Shown one piece after another: positions 1 through 12,034 of a stretch of DNA of 64,000 bases. The DNA comes from Verrucomicrobiota bacterium. GTDB lineage: Bacteria > Verrucomicrobiota > Verrucomicrobiia > Opitutales > Seribacteraceae. The translations under genes were made by a program, and so were the position numbers. Under the pieces are notes generated by a model. The model had not been told where the DNA came from and made no database searches. It worked only from the letters and a program-made list of their open reading frames with translations. Positions within the stretch are counted from its first letter, which is position 1. The number at the start of each line of letters is the position of its first letter. Where the stretch lies: assembly GCA_027622665.1 (NCBI GenBank), contig JAQBYT010000001.1:64001-128000 (forward strand), in the 5' to 3' direction.

Positions 1-1
1 C

Positions 2-1468
<1,467 letters not shown>

Positions 1469-1555
1469 GCCTTTTCTGTGAGCCTCCAACCACAGGGCTC
1501 TTTCTTAAGTAGAACGACACGAGAATTCACAAAGCCATTCCTTCATCCTTGGTAA

Positions 1556-2440
1556 ATGGTTATCGACTGCCACGCTCATCGCTACCCACCGGCAGTATTT
1601 GCAAATCCCGCCGCTTTCGCGAACTCAAGAGGCGAAAAGCATTGGCAAAACTTGGTGGTGCCCGAAAAAGGGCCTACCATTCAAGGATGGGCCGACCGAG
1701 AAACCATGCTTGCCGATATGGATTCCGGAGGGGTGGACAAAGCCGTACTTCTAGGCTGGTACTGGGAAACGCCGGAAACTTGTGCCTTGCACAACAGGTG
1801 GCACGGCGAATGGATTCGGAAAGACCCCGAACGTTTCATTGCCTTTGCCTCCATTCATCCGCTTGCGGAGAAGGCGATCGACGAGCTTAAAGCTGCCCGG
1901 GACGAAGGCTTTCGCGGGATCGGTGAAATCCTGCCCGCAGTTCAAGGGTTTTCAATGCGTGACCCGAATTGGCTCAAGATTGTCGAGTTCGCAGTCGAAA
2001 CCGGTTGGCCTATCAATTTCCATGTCAGCGAACCAGTCGGGCATCCTCATCCTGGCAGGATGCCCTCCCCTTTCGAGGGTTTTCAATGGTTGGCTGAGAC
2101 CTATCCCGAGCTAAAAATAATCCTCGCCCACTGGGGAGGGTTGCTGCCTTTCTACGAGCTCAACGAGCATGTCCGAAAAAGCTTCGCCAACGTTTGGTAC
2201 GATGTTGCAGCCAGTCCCTTGCTCTACGATTCCAAGGTTTTTCGTTCCGTGGTAGATGTTGTCGGCTCGGAAAAGGTGCTGTACGGGTCAGACTATCCTT
2301 TACGCCTCTACCCCGGCAAGCAGGAGAAACCTGACTTCTCTACCTTTCTTGCCGAAATTCAAGATGCTGGACTTACCGAATCGGAACGAAAAAATATTCT
2401 CGGCGACAACGCCTCCCGTCTGTTTGGATTGGAAAAGTGA
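1556..2440 (+). CDS. Amidohydrolase_2 family metal-dependent hydrolase
   Basis: N-terminal IDCHAH, IILAHWGG and LYGSDYP motifs of the TIM-barrel amidohydrolase family. Confidence 0.85.
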   Translation: MVIDCHAHRYPPAVFANPAAFANSRGEKHWQNLVVPEKGPTIQGWADRETMLADMDSGGVDKAVLLGWYWETPETCALHNRWHGEWIRKDPERFIAFASIHPLAEKAIDELKAARDEGFRGIGEILPAVQGFSMRDPNWLKIVEFAVETGWPINFHVSEPVGHPHPGRMPSPFEGFQWLAETYPELKIILAHWGGLLPFYELNEHVRKSFANVWYDVAASPLLYDSKVFRSVVDVVGSEKVLYGSDYPLRLYPGKQEKPDFSTFLAEIQDAGLTESERKNILGDNASRLFGLEK

Positions 2441-2450
2441 TCGTCCACGA

Positions 2451-3086
2451 ATGAAAATCGAACTGCAGCAAGTACTTCCCGAGCCCATTCCGGAAAAAGC
2501 GCTGAATGCGTCCAGGGTGTGGGGATCGGCACTAGTCCTTGACTCGGGCAAGCGTCATCTTGTCTCCGGTGTCTCGGGTCGAGGAAAGAGTACACTCCTT
2601 CATGTCATCTATGGAATTCGCAAGGATTTCAAGGGACGACTGCTGATCGACGACAAGGACTCCTCCGCCTTTACGGAAGAGGATTGGACCCACCTTCGCT
2701 CACGCCAAGTGGCCCTTCTTTTCCAAGACCTTCGCCTCTTTCCAAACCTAACCGCTCGCGAAAACATGGAGCTTCTTCCCGTCCGCGACGAAGCCGCTCT
2801 GTCCACCGAAACCATGGCCGAACGTCTCGGTGTAGCCGAATATCTGGAGAAACCCTGCGGCATCCTTTCGCAGGGGCAACGTCAGCGGATGTCACTCATC
2901 CGGACTCTTTCCCGTTCCTTTGAAATCCTCCTCTTGGACGAACCATTCAGCCACCTCGACGACGAAAACACTCGAAAAGCATGGAACCTCATCGAGGAAG
3001 AGCTCAAGCGGAGACATGCAGGCCTTGTTCTTTCTTCCCTCGACGAAGTCTCGGACTTCGCCATCGACCACAAGTGGAAACTGTGA
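2451..3086 (+). CDS. ABC transporter ATP-binding protein
   Basis: Walker A GVSGRGKST, signature LSQGQRQR, Walker B LLLDEPFSHLD. Start placed at ATG 2451, just after the upstream stop. Confidence 0.9.
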   Translation: MKIELQQVLPEPIPEKALNASRVWGSALVLDSGKRHLVSGVSGRGKSTLLHVIYGIRKDFKGRLLIDDKDSSAFTEEDWTHLRSRQVALLFQDLRLFPNLTARENMELLPVRDEAALSTETMAERLGVAEYLEKPCGILSQGQRQRMSLIRTLSRSFEILLLDEPFSHLDDENTRKAWNLIEEELKRRHAGLVLSSLDEVSDFAIDHKWKL

Positions 3087-4471
3087 GCGTCCGAATCGAA
3101 CAACTTATGGCGAAGGCCCTTGGGGTTCGCGGTCCCCGCCGGGAACTGGCCATTGCCGTCACAGGATGTTTCATGGGCACTGTTACATTGCTCGCCGCCG
3201 TTCAGTTTTTCCACGATACGAGCGCGGTCATTGCAGAACGCGAACCGCCACGGAACTTCTTTACGGTCAATAAACGAGTGGAAGGCGGAGCCCTCGCCAA
3301 TCTCGGAAAAAACGACGAAGGGTTCTCGCCCGAGGAAATCACCGCCATCGGCACCCGTCCCGAAGTGCAGGGAGTGGGCGTCTTCAAGAGAAATCGCTTT
3401 CCCGTCGAAATCCACATTTGGCCTGCGGGAAAGGTGGGATTGGGCGAGGCTGCCAAGGCAGATGTATTCTTTGAGACTGTGCCGGACGAATTCATCGACG
3501 CCAAGCCAGACGGATGGGACTGGAACGAAAGCTCCACCCATGTGCCGCTCATCATTCCGAAGTTTTATCTCGACCTGTGGAACTTCGGTTTTGCCCCAAC
3601 GCGCGTCGAGTACCCTGCCCTTTCGTCCAAGGCCGCCCTCGGCATACCCATCGAAATCTTTCTAGGCAAGAGACGAGACGCCTCGCAAAACGGACGATTC
3701 GTCGCCTTCAGCCGTCGCATCAACAGCATACTTGTTCCCGCGAGCTTTCTCGAATGGGCAAACGCAAACTATGCCCAGCCGGACGTCACGGGATACTGGT
3801 TCCTGTGGTTGGAGGGAGCAGTGGACGGCCCTCCACGCACCAGGGAACAGTTGCTGACCATACTGGAGGCAAACGCTTCCGCCACCGCCGAATTCTCCCC
3901 CCTGAACGACCCCGCGGCCCGCCGTCCACTCACAGCACTTCTCCAAGAAGAGGAAAAGGCGCCTTCGCCTTCGCGTCTAATTGTCCGAGTGGACGAGGCG
4001 CCCACCGAGGCACTCCTTTCCTTTCTTAGTGAACAGGGATACGAGATAAATCGAGAACTCCCCGAACACGACTTGCTGAACGACGCGTCAAAGTGGGCTT
4101 TCTCCATAGTCGGAGCCATCGGATTATTGCTTTCACTCCTCTCAGTAGCCACCTTTTCGGCCAGTTACCGATTAGTCGTTACGCGCGCAGCAACGCCAGT
4201 AAGAGATCTTCTGCACCTTGGCTTTTCTCATCGTACCGTAACAACCGCTTTCATTCACCGCTTCCTCAAGCTGTTCGGGGTGGTATTCGCCGCTAGCCTC
4301 CTCTTCACCTGGTTGCTCAAAATCGCTCTTCAGGGACAAGCCCAATCCTATGAACTGACAGTTCCCTCGGGTCTATCACTTGTCACCCTTGTCGCAGCGG
4401 TCCTCTACGCCGGGTCTTTCGTCGCGGTAAACGTGGCCGTAATACGCGATGCCGTGCGCAAGCTCGGATGA
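3083..4471 (+). CDS. FtsX/MacB-like ABC permease
   Basis: GTG start overlaps the ATPase stop (GTGA). One N-terminal TM helix, a large extracytoplasmic domain and three C-terminal TM helices. Confidence 0.7.
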   Translation: MSVRIEQLMAKALGVRGPRRELAIAVTGCFMGTVTLLAAVQFFHDTSAVIAEREPPRNFFTVNKRVEGGALANLGKNDEGFSPEEITAIGTRPEVQGVGVFKRNRFPVEIHIWPAGKVGLGEAAKADVFFETVPDEFIDAKPDGWDWNESSTHVPLIIPKFYLDLWNFGFAPTRVEYPALSSKAALGIPIEIFLGKRRDASQNGRFVAFSRRINSILVPASFLEWANANYAQPDVTGYWFLWLEGAVDGPPRTREQLLTILEANASATAEFSPLNDPAARRPLTALLQEEEKAPSPSRLIVRVDEAPTEALLSFLSEQGYEINRELPEHDLLNDASKWAFSIVGAIGLLLSLLSVATFSASYRLVVTRAATPVRDLLHLGFSHRTVTTAFIHRFLKLFGVVFAASLLFTWLLKIALQGQAQSYELTVPSGLSLVTLVAAVLYAGSFVAVNVAVIRDAVRKLG

Positions 4472-5549
4472 AAGGTCAAGGAGCACGCCCCAAAAGGCTA
4501 AAGCGGGAGATCCCCTTTCCTCCATCCCGGAAAGACAAAAACACCTTTTCATTTATCGATCTCTTCGCCGGTATGGGCGGTTTTCGCCTTGCGATGCAAC
4601 AGCTCGGGGGGGCGTTGCGTCTTTTCCGGCGAGTGGGATCGCCGGGCTCAAAAGACCTATGAGGCCAACTTCGGAGAGGTCCTCTCCGGAGACATCACCA
4701 AGATCAGAGCCGACAAAGTACCCGAACACGACATTCTTTGCGCCGGGTTCCCCTGCCAAGCCTTCAACACTGGCTGGTCAACGCCGAGGTATCGAGGATA
4801 CTCGAGGCACCCTTTTCTTCGATATCGCCCGAACCCTCAAGGCCAAGCGACCCGCTGTCTTTTTCCTTGAGAACCTCAAGGGACTCATGAGTCACCGGGG
4901 CGGACAAACCCTCGCTGCAATTCTCTGCGCACTAAGGGACGAACTCGCATATTTCGTTCCCACTCCACAAGTCATTAAGGCCGAAGATCATGGCGTACCA
5001 CAAAAGCGTGGACATGTTTTCCCAGTCGAATTCCACAGTGACTTAAATATAAATAGATTTAATTATACATCTCCAAGCAAAGTCTGAACACCCTTTTCCA
5101 AGGTAAAGGAGAAGCATCCTGTCTCCGCCCGTTACTATCTTTCCACTAGGTATCTTCAGCCTCTTCGCTCTCATCGTGCTCGACACGAGGGAACAGGAAA
5201 CGGCTTTGGTTTCGAGATTATTCGTAACGATCAGGTTGCCAATACCATTGTTCTCGACGGCATGGGTCGTGGACGCAACCGAGTGATCGATCATCGGCTG
5301 AAAGACTTCACTCCCCTTACAAACATAATGGGTGAAGTTAACCGCGAAGGCATTCGGCACATGACTCCTCGGGAGTGGGTTCGCCTCCAAGGCTACCCCG
5401 ACGAATTTTCAATTCCTGTTTCCGACACTCAAGCCTATAAACAATTTGCCAATTCCGTAGCCGTTCCAGCCGTTAAGGCTACGGCGACCTTAATACTGGA
5501 GACTTTATTAGCTCAAGCCAAGGATTCTCGAATCTCCCCTACGGCATAG
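4468..5549 (+). pseudogene. DNA (cytosine-5) methyltransferase pseudogene, M.HpaII-like
   Basis: Motifs FIDLFAGMGG (I), CAGFPCQAF (IV), FLENLKGL (VI), PQKR (VIII), TPREWVRLQGYP (IX) and KQFANSVAVP (X) are spread over three frames. Frameshifts at the G7 run 4606-4612 and near 4765-4771; in-frame TGA at 5085-5087. Confidence 0.9.
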
Positions 5550-5689
5550 CTCTAGACGATCAATTTCCGCGAAAAGGATACAGTCTCACATCACTAATAC
5601 TGCTCTTGCCAATCTAGGTTCGAGCAATAGGTGCTTTTCAGTTAATGCCCTCGAGAAACGACAAGTAAAAGGGCTTGGCGGGCAATCGG

Positions 5690-7080
5690 ATCCGGTCCGG
5701 GCTCGTCCAAAAGAGGCTGTTACCTCATTTTTCGTGACCGGGAGGGAGCTGCCCACTGCCGCCGAACTGGGTAACGGCATTGGCAAGGCGTTTGAAAGAC
5801 TCGTTCCCCTTGATAGTGATCTGCTGACCCCGTTCGGCCATGTAACAGTTGGTCGATGAAGAGATCAAGAAGTTCAAGCGCCTCGACAATTCCGACCAAG
5901 TGCTCTGCATGATCGTGGACGGCGAACCCAACGCAGCCGTCAAGACCGACCTTGTGCAGGAGGAGTGCTTTCCCGAGGCTGCGAAGTATGAGCTTCGAAA
6001 TTTCGACCCGACCTCAAGCTCCGCGATCTGGCTCGCAAGCAGATGCGACTCGCCATCCTAAGCTCCTTTTCCTTCTCCCTCGTCGCAGTGATGGCCGGAT
6101 TGACCTTCTGGGCCCTCAACCGGCAGCAGGAGCCGATCGCCAACGCCAGCAGACCGTCCAAGCCCAAAAAAATGCTGGTCGGCGTGAAATTGCCGCAGGG
6201 AGCAGAAAATCAACGTGATGTGGCTCTCCCAGCTTAAAAGTTTGCAAAAACTGAAAAGGAAAAGGCGTACACGAAAACACTTCAAGACTATCGCCTTGGC
6301 TCAAACATGGGAATTGCTTTAGTCTCCGCCGCAAAAGAATCGTCACTGGTAGTGGGGCAGCCTAATGCCACTTTGCCAGTCTGCAATGATCTCCCTAGAG
6401 GAACATCAAGGCACAGTCTATTCTTCAACCTTTTACCTTGAACCGCAAGCCCTTGGGTACTGCAAGTCATTACGGGACGGCTAAAATATGGAACGCTGAG
6501 TCCGACAAGAAATTGCTCATCCTGAAGGGGCATAAAGGCTTTGTAGTATCCATAGCATTCTCCTCGGACAGTGGACGCGTGCTAACCAGTGGGCTCTGAC
6601 AGGACTGCGGAAATTCGGGAGGCCGAGACAGGCGTGAATGAGTTGCCGCTAAAGCAATATGACGTAGCAATTTCTTCAGATGATCGGTTCCTCGCTACCT
6701 CGAGCAATGACCATTCTGCCAAGATCCGAAACGCGGAAACGGGGAAGGAATTTCTCGCCCTGTGGGGGCATGAAAAGGTCGTTTCCCGCGCAGCCTTCTT
6801 CCATGACGAGCGGCGAGTGATCACGGGGAGTTATGACGGCACTGCGAAGATCCGGGATGCCGGGACCGGTGAGGAACTGGTGGCGTTGAAGGCGCAGGCA
6901 GGCATCGTTGTATCCGTAGTCTTTTCTATGGATGGTCGAGGAGTGCTTACGGTGGGCCATGACCACACGGTGAATTTCTGGGATGCCGTCGATTGGTCCC
7001 TAATCAAAGAAGAGTACCCCGAACACCAGAGGCAATGCTACGAAGAGTGGCTTAAGGCCAACGTCTCATACCACGAGTGA
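5690..7080 (+). pseudogene. Degenerate TIR domain - TM helix - WD40 repeat gene
   Basis: Fragments across frames: IFRDRE/ELPTAAELG, LIVIC*PRSA, VDEEIKKFKRL..VLCMIVDGEPNA..EECFP (TIR_2-type), a hydrophobic helix LSSFSFSLVAVMAGLTFWAL, then WD40 units (GHKGFVVSIAFSSD, GHEKVVSRAAF..ITGSYDGTAKI, DHTVNFWD). Multiple stops and frameshifts. Confidence 0.75.
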
Positions 7081-7107
7081 TTATTTGTAAGGGAAGAAGA
7101 TCCTTTC

Positions 7108-9702
7108 TCAGCTCACCTTCATCACCAACTTGTCGTCCTTGATGGAGAAGGTGACATCTGCTCCTTCTTCAACTTCACCGGCCACGAGAGCACGAGCAAG
7201 CTGAGTCTCCACCTGCTTCTGGAGAAAACGCTTGAGCGGGCGGGCCCCGTAGGTCGGATCATATCCTTTTTCGCCAATCCACTTCTTGGCCGAAGAGGTG
7301 AAGGATACGGAAACCTTGCGGTCCTCGAGGCGCTTGTTGAGCCCAGCGAGCAGGAGATCAACGATCTCCGTGATTTCCTCGAGAGAGAGAGGCTTGAAGA
7401 GAACAACGTCGTCGATCCGATTGAGAAACTCAGGGCGAAAATGATCACGCAGGTCGGCTAAAACGGATTCGCGAACGCTCTCGGAGATTTCGCAGTCGAC
7501 AACGTTGTCCTGTAGGTAGCGACTGCCGACGTTGGATGTCATGATGACGACGACATTCTTGAAGTCGACGGTGCGGCCTTGGGAATCCGTGAGGCGCCCA
7601 TCGTCCATGAGCTGTAACAATACGTTGAAGACATCGGGGTGCGCTTTCTCGATTTCATCGAACAGGATAACCGAATAGGGCTTACGCCGAACGGCCTCGG
7701 TGAGCTGACCGCCCTCCTCGTAGCCGACGTAACCAGGAGGAGCTCCGATCAAGCGGGCCACGGAATGCTTTTCCATATACTCAGACATGTCGATGCGGAT
7801 AATATTGTCTTCGCTGTCGAATAGGCTTTCGGCGAGGGTCTTGGCCAGCTCGGTCTTCCCTACCCCGGTGGGCCCGAGAAAGAGAAAGGAACCGATCGGG
7901 CGATTTGGATCCTTGATCCCTGCTCGGGCTCTAAGGATGGCCTCGACTACCGCATCTACGGCTTCTTCCTGCCCGATCACTCGCTCGTGCAAAATGTTAT
8001 GCAGGCGCAAAAGCTTTTGCTTTTCTCCCTCGATCAGCTTGGTCACGGGCACTCCGGTCCAGCGGGCTACGATATCGGCGATTTCCTCGGCAGTCACCTC
8101 CTCCTTGAGCAGGGTGTCCTTCTTCTCCGCTTTTTCGAGTTTTTCGAGTTCCGCCTCGAGGGTGGGCAGTTTCCCATGTTTAAGCTCGGCGACGAGGTTT
8201 AGGTCGTAAGCCCGCTCGGCCCGCTCCATTTCAGCACGAGTGGATTCTATTTGTTCGCGAAGGACGCGAATGTCGTCGATGTCCTTGCGCTCGCCTTCCC
8301 AGCGTCGCTTGAAAGTTTCCATCTTGTCCCGGGCATTGCCCAGTTCCTTGCGGAGAGTCTCCAGGCGCTCATTGCTGGCCTTGTCCTTCTCCTGCTTGAG
8401 GGCGGTTTCCTCGATCTCGAGTTGGAGCACTCTACGACTGATCTCGTCGAGCTCGGCAGGCATGCTGTCGAGCTCAGTGCGAATCATGGCGCAGGCCTCG
8501 TCCACAAGGTCGATCGCCTTGTCGGGAAGGAAGCGGTCAGAGATATAGCGATTGGAGAGAACGGCGGCATTGACAAGTGCCTCGTCGCGAATGTTCACCC
8601 CGTGGTGAATTTCGAAGCGCTCGCTCAAACCGCGGAGGATGGAGATGGTGTCCTCTACGTTCGGTTGGTCCACTAGAATGGTTTGAAAACGTCGTTCGAG
8701 TGCGGCGTCCTTTTCGACGTGGAGGCGATACTCGTTGAGCGTTGTGGCGCCGATGCAGTGCAGTTCGCCCCGAGCGAGCATGGGCTTGAGCATGTTGCCC
8801 GCGTCAATCGCGCCCTCGGCCTTGCCCGCGCCGACGATGGTGTGCATTTCGTCGATAAAGAGTACGATGCGACCCTCGGCTTTGCTCACCTCGGTCAAAA
8901 CGGACTTAAGACGTTCCTCGAATTCGCCTCGAAACTTTGCCCCTGCGAGCAGAGAGCCCATGTCTAAGGTGAAAATGGTCTTGCCCTTGAGACCCTCAGG
9001 CACGTCTCCCCGCACGATCCGCTGGGCGAGACCTTCCACAATGGCGGTCTTCCCCACTCCTGGTTCGCCGATGAGGACGGGGTTGTTCTTGGTCTTGCGC
9101 GAGAGAATCCTAATGACTCGTCGAATTTCGCTGTCGCGACCGATGACGGGATCGAGCTTACCCAACTTAGCCTGCTCGACCAAGTCGATGCCGAACTTCT
9201 TGAGGGCGCGAAAAGTGTTCTCGGGTGTCTTGCTGGTAACACGTTGACCGCCTCGCATTTCCTCAAGGGCCTTGCGTGCCTTTTTTTCGGAAAGTACGAA
9301 ATTCTTGAAGAACTTTGTAAGGGATGCCGGTTTACCCACGGTGATCAGGCCAAGAAAAAGGTGCTCGGTGCTGACATAATCGTCTTCCATCGCAGCGGAA
9401 ACGGAATGAGACTTTTCGACTGCCTCGGTAAGGGCTTGTGAGGCATAGGAACGAGCCGTGTTCACATTGCCGGCTATTTTCGGAAGCCGACCAAGTTCGC
9501 GCTCCAAAGACAACTGCACGGCCGCGACTCCAATCCCCATCTCCTCCAGTAAGGAGGGAACGATTCCGTGTTCCTGTCGGACGAGGGCAGCCAAGAGGTG
9601 CCAAACATCGACTTCCTGTTGGCCATTACGCTGAGCCACCTCCGCCATCTCGCGAATGGCTCCGATTCCCATTTCCGTGAATTTTTCGGAGTCTATGTTC
9701 AT
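7108..9702 (-). CDS. clpB: ATP-dependent chaperone ClpB
   Basis: Two AAA+ modules ([16 protein letters not shown]), coiled-coil M domain, [25 protein letters not shown]. Start placed at ATG 9702 (MNIDSEKFT). Confidence 0.97.
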   Translation of the reverse strand: MNIDSEKFTEMGIGAIREMAEVAQRNGQQEVDVWHLLAALVRQEHGIVPSLLEEMGIGVAAVQLSLERELGRLPKIAGNVNTARSYASQALTEAVEKSHSVSAAMEDDYVSTEHLFLGLITVGKPASLTKFFKNFVLSEKKARKALEEMRGGQRVTSKTPENTFRALKKFGIDLVEQAKLGKLDPVIGRDSEIRRVIRILSRKTKNNPVLIGEPGVGKTAIVEGLAQRIVRGDVPEGLKGKTIFTLDMGSLLAGAKFRGEFEERLKSVLTEVSKAEGRIVLFIDEMHTIVGAGKAEGAIDAGNMLKPMLARGELHCIGATTLNEYRLHVEKDAALERRFQTILVDQPNVEDTISILRGLSERFEIHHGVNIRDEALVNAAVLSNRYISDRFLPDKAIDLVDEACAMIRTELDSMPAELDEISRRVLQLEIEETALKQEKDKASNERLETLRKELGNARDKMETFKRRWEGERKDIDDIRVLREQIESTRAEMERAERAYDLNLVAELKHGKLPTLEAELEKLEKAEKKDTLLKEEVTAEEIADIVARWTGVPVTKLIEGEKQKLLRLHNILHERVIGQEEAVDAVVEAILRARAGIKDPNRPIGSFLFLGPTGVGKTELAKTLAESLFDSEDNIIRIDMSEYMEKHSVARLIGAPPGYVGYEEGGQLTEAVRRKPYSVILFDEIEKAHPDVFNVLLQLMDDGRLTDSQGRTVDFKNVVVIMTSNVGSRYLQDNVVDCEISESVRESVLADLRDHFRPEFLNRIDDVVLFKPLSLEEITEIVDLLLAGLNKRLEDRKVSVSFTSSAKKWIGEKGYDPTYGARPLKRFLQKQVETQLARALVAGEVEEGADVTFSIKDDKLVMKVS

Positions 9703-9714
9703 TACAATGCCTTG

Positions 9715-9730
9715 TGCAGGTTGCGTACCG
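9715..9730 (-). promoter_or_regulatory. Putative sigma54 (-24/-12) promoter of clpB
   Basis: Minus strand reads CGGTACGCAACCTGCA, i.e. GG-N10-GC, close to the TGGCACG-N4-TTGC consensus. Confidence 0.6.
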
Positions 9731-9767
9731 ATTAAGGTAGGCATCTGAAATTGAATTCTTTTCTGAA

Positions 9768-9780
9768 TATCAATAACTTA
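9768..9780. promoter_or_regulatory. Putative IHF binding site upstream of the clpB sigma54 promoter
   Basis: TATCAATAACTTA matches WATCAANNNNTTR exactly and sits in an AT-rich context about 40-50 bp upstream of the -24 element. Confidence 0.5.
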
Positions 9781-9898
9781 CGAGACCGAAAGTTGAGTTT
9801 GTTAGGGTCAATGTTTCGATGCGGGGCATAAAGTGGGTCATTCTGTCTCTTCTTCGAGAAAGCTTGCCTTGGCGGGTTCATGCATCTTTGCAGAAGGT

Positions 9899-10552
9899 AT
9901 GACGAAAAAGGAACGGGCCAATTTTGTAAGCTGTCGACTGGCCGAGCTTTACCCCGATCCGCCGATTCCCCTAGATCACAAGGATGAGTACACTTTGCTC
10001 GTTGCTGTCTTACTTTCGGCTCAATGCACGGATGTCCGAGTCAACAAAACGACCCCCGCTTTATTCGCCTTGGCCGATGAACCCGAGCAAATGGCAAAGC
10101 AATCGGTGGCAGCTATCGACGCTATCGTGCGGCCATGTGGCTTGGCCCCAAGAAAGGCTACCGCTATTCGAGACCTCTCTCGAATCCTCGTCGATGAACA
10201 CGAGAGCCGCGTTCCCGAAAGTTTCGAGGAACTGGAAGCATTGCCCGGAGTGGGTCATAAAACGGCGTCGGTAGTGATGGCTCAGGCCTTCGGTCACCCC
10301 GCGTTTCCCGTTGACACTCACATCCACCGACTCGCTCAACGTTGGGGCTTAACCAACGGCAAAAGCGTGGTCCAAACCGAAACCGACTTGAAGTCTTTGT
10401 TTGCCAAGAAAACTTGGAATCGTCTGCACCTGCAGATCATTTACTACGGTCGCGAACATTGCTCGGCCCGTGGTTGCGATGGTACCGTCTGTGAAATTTG
10501 CCGCACCTCTTATCCGAAAAGGCGTAAACCCGTGGTAACGAAAAAAGCTTAA
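9899..10552 (+). CDS. nth: Endonuclease III
   Basis: LVAVLLSAQCTDVRVN, HhH motif LPGVGHKTA, FPVDTHIHR and a C-terminal Cys cluster. Confidence 0.95.
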   Translation: MTKKERANFVSCRLAELYPDPPIPLDHKDEYTLLVAVLLSAQCTDVRVNKTTPALFALADEPEQMAKQSVAAIDAIVRPCGLAPRKATAIRDLSRILVDEHESRVPESFEELEALPGVGHKTASVVMAQAFGHPAFPVDTHIHRLAQRWGLTNGKSVVQTETDLKSLFAKKTWNRLHLQIIYYGREHCSARGCDGTVCEICRTSYPKRRKPVVTKKA

Positions 10553-10560
10553 ACCCTACG

Positions 10561-11946
10561 CTACCCTGCCTGTACGAGCATGTCGGGACGTGCCTCGCGT
10601 AATTTTTGAAGCGCTTCGGCCGACAACCCGGATCGCCAAAGGTACACTTCTTTCAATGAAGTCATGCCCGACAAGGCGTCCACCACGGAATCATCCAAGC
10701 TTGTTCCTACCAAATTGAGGCATTTGAGCTTACTTAGGCCCGAAAGACCGGAGACTCCTCGGGAGGTGATGCCTTTGTTGTCCTCAAGATAAAGGTTCCG
10801 AAGGTTTGGGATTTTGGACAGACGAGAAACTGACAAGTCCGTGAGGTTGCTCTTGCTCAGGTCGAGCCAAACGATTTTTTTGGCGAGTACCTCAATGGCA
10901 GGAAGGTCTTCGTCGTTCAGACCAAGATCAGGTTCGACGGATGCCACGCAGTGCAGCCCTTTGCCGTCAGAAGACTTGAAAAAATCAAGGCCGGTCGAGC
11001 GTAGGCTTTGAATATGGTCGTCGGTAAGGATGATGTCGGCGAAGTTCGCCGCTCCGGGTGTCTCTTGAGCGGAAGCTGCAGGAGCAGGCGTTTTTTTTGC
11101 AACAGGTGGGATCTCCACGGTGATGCCCATTTTTTTTAGTATCGGACCTATTGCTTGCGGTGCGGCAAAATAGACGCCTAACCCAATTATACCGACGATG
11201 AGAGAGATCACGAAAAGGACTATAAGCGTCGTAAAGATCTTAGATCCTATCCCGGCACCTTTTACGACGATAACAGTCTGGCCTTTATTCATGCCCGACA
11301 TCTTTCGACTACTTACTTGCCGACGACCTCCTCGACGCTTGCGAGGACGAGGATCGTCATCAAAATCATCATAGTCATCGGCTTCCTGTGGCCGGTTTCG
11401 TTTACGCCGATGGGGAGCCGGTTCTTCGTCGTGGTCGTCTTCCGCTTCTGAAGGTTGAGCAGGTGGCGGAGCAGAAGCAACATCGCTCGAAGGGGAAGCA
11501 GCAGGTGCGGGTTCCTGTGGCGGAGGCTGTCCGTAAAGGGGCTCTGCGGGAGGAGCGGCGGGAGGTGGGGGCGGTGCGATTGGGGCAACTGGGGGTTGAG
11601 CTTGCCGGACAGGTGGTGCAGCAGGGGCTACCGCCGGGGAAACTTGTACGGGTGGAGACGCGACAGGAGTTTCGATCCTTTCCCCCTCATCCTCAAAGTC
11701 TTCGAATTGGTCTTCCCATTGTTTGAGCTTTTCGTAATCAATATCCGACTCCTCGTACGAACTTTCCTCGGCAGTAGCAGAGGAATCGGGAGTGGAAAGC
11801 ATTTCTCCAAGTTGTTGCCATTCGGTTCCGCCCTCCGACAAACCAAAGTCGGTTACCGCAAATTGGCCTGAATCGAGATAAGACTCTACTTCCTCGAGAC
11901 TGTAAGGCCCATATTGCTGGCCATCTTTAGAGATGTGAATTCCCAC
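10561..11946 (-). CDS. Membrane protein: GYF_2 (DUF4339) domain, Pro-rich linker, TM helix, leucine-rich repeats
   Basis: IHISKDGQQYGPYSLEEV..W is GYF_2-like. Followed by a Pro/acidic linker, a TM helix (IFTTLIVLFVISLIVGIIGLGVYF) and LxxLxL repeats ending in the ARPD cap. Start placed at GTG 11946. Confidence 0.7.
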   Translation of the reverse strand: MGIHISKDGQQYGPYSLEEVESYLDSGQFAVTDFGLSEGGTEWQQLGEMLSTPDSSATAEESSYEESDIDYEKLKQWEDQFEDFEDEGERIETPVASPPVQVSPAVAPAAPPVRQAQPPVAPIAPPPPPAAPPAEPLYGQPPPQEPAPAASPSSDVASAPPPAQPSEAEDDHDEEPAPHRRKRNRPQEADDYDDFDDDPRPRKRRGGRRQVSSRKMSGMNKGQTVIVVKGAGIGSKIFTTLIVLFVISLIVGIIGLGVYFAAPQAIGPILKKMGITVEIPPVAKKTPAPAASAQETPGAANFADIILTDDHIQSLRSTGLDFFKSSDGKGLHCVASVEPDLGLNDEDLPAIEVLAKKIVWLDLSKSNLTDLSVSRLSKIPNLRNLYLEDNKGITSRGVSGLSGLSKLKCLNLVGTSLDDSVVDALSGMTSLKEVYLWRSGLSAEALQKLREARPDMLVQAG

Positions 11947-12034
11947 TTGGTTTCCTGACGATTGTTTAAAAGAAGCAAAGCCAGTTTTAAAAAACGAAAT
12001 TGGCCGAAAGTTCAAGATCAAGCGTCATTGAGAA

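Noticed and set aside
4606..4612. G7 tract as a phase-variation switch for the methyltransferase
   Set aside because: A second frameshift and an in-frame stop downstream mean that slippage alone could not restore the protein.
7122..9680. Many 60-170 aa ORFs within clpB (similar ones occur within the PEPCK, hrpB and DUF genes)
   Set aside because: Shadow ORFs over strongly conserved genes, with no recognisable motifs.
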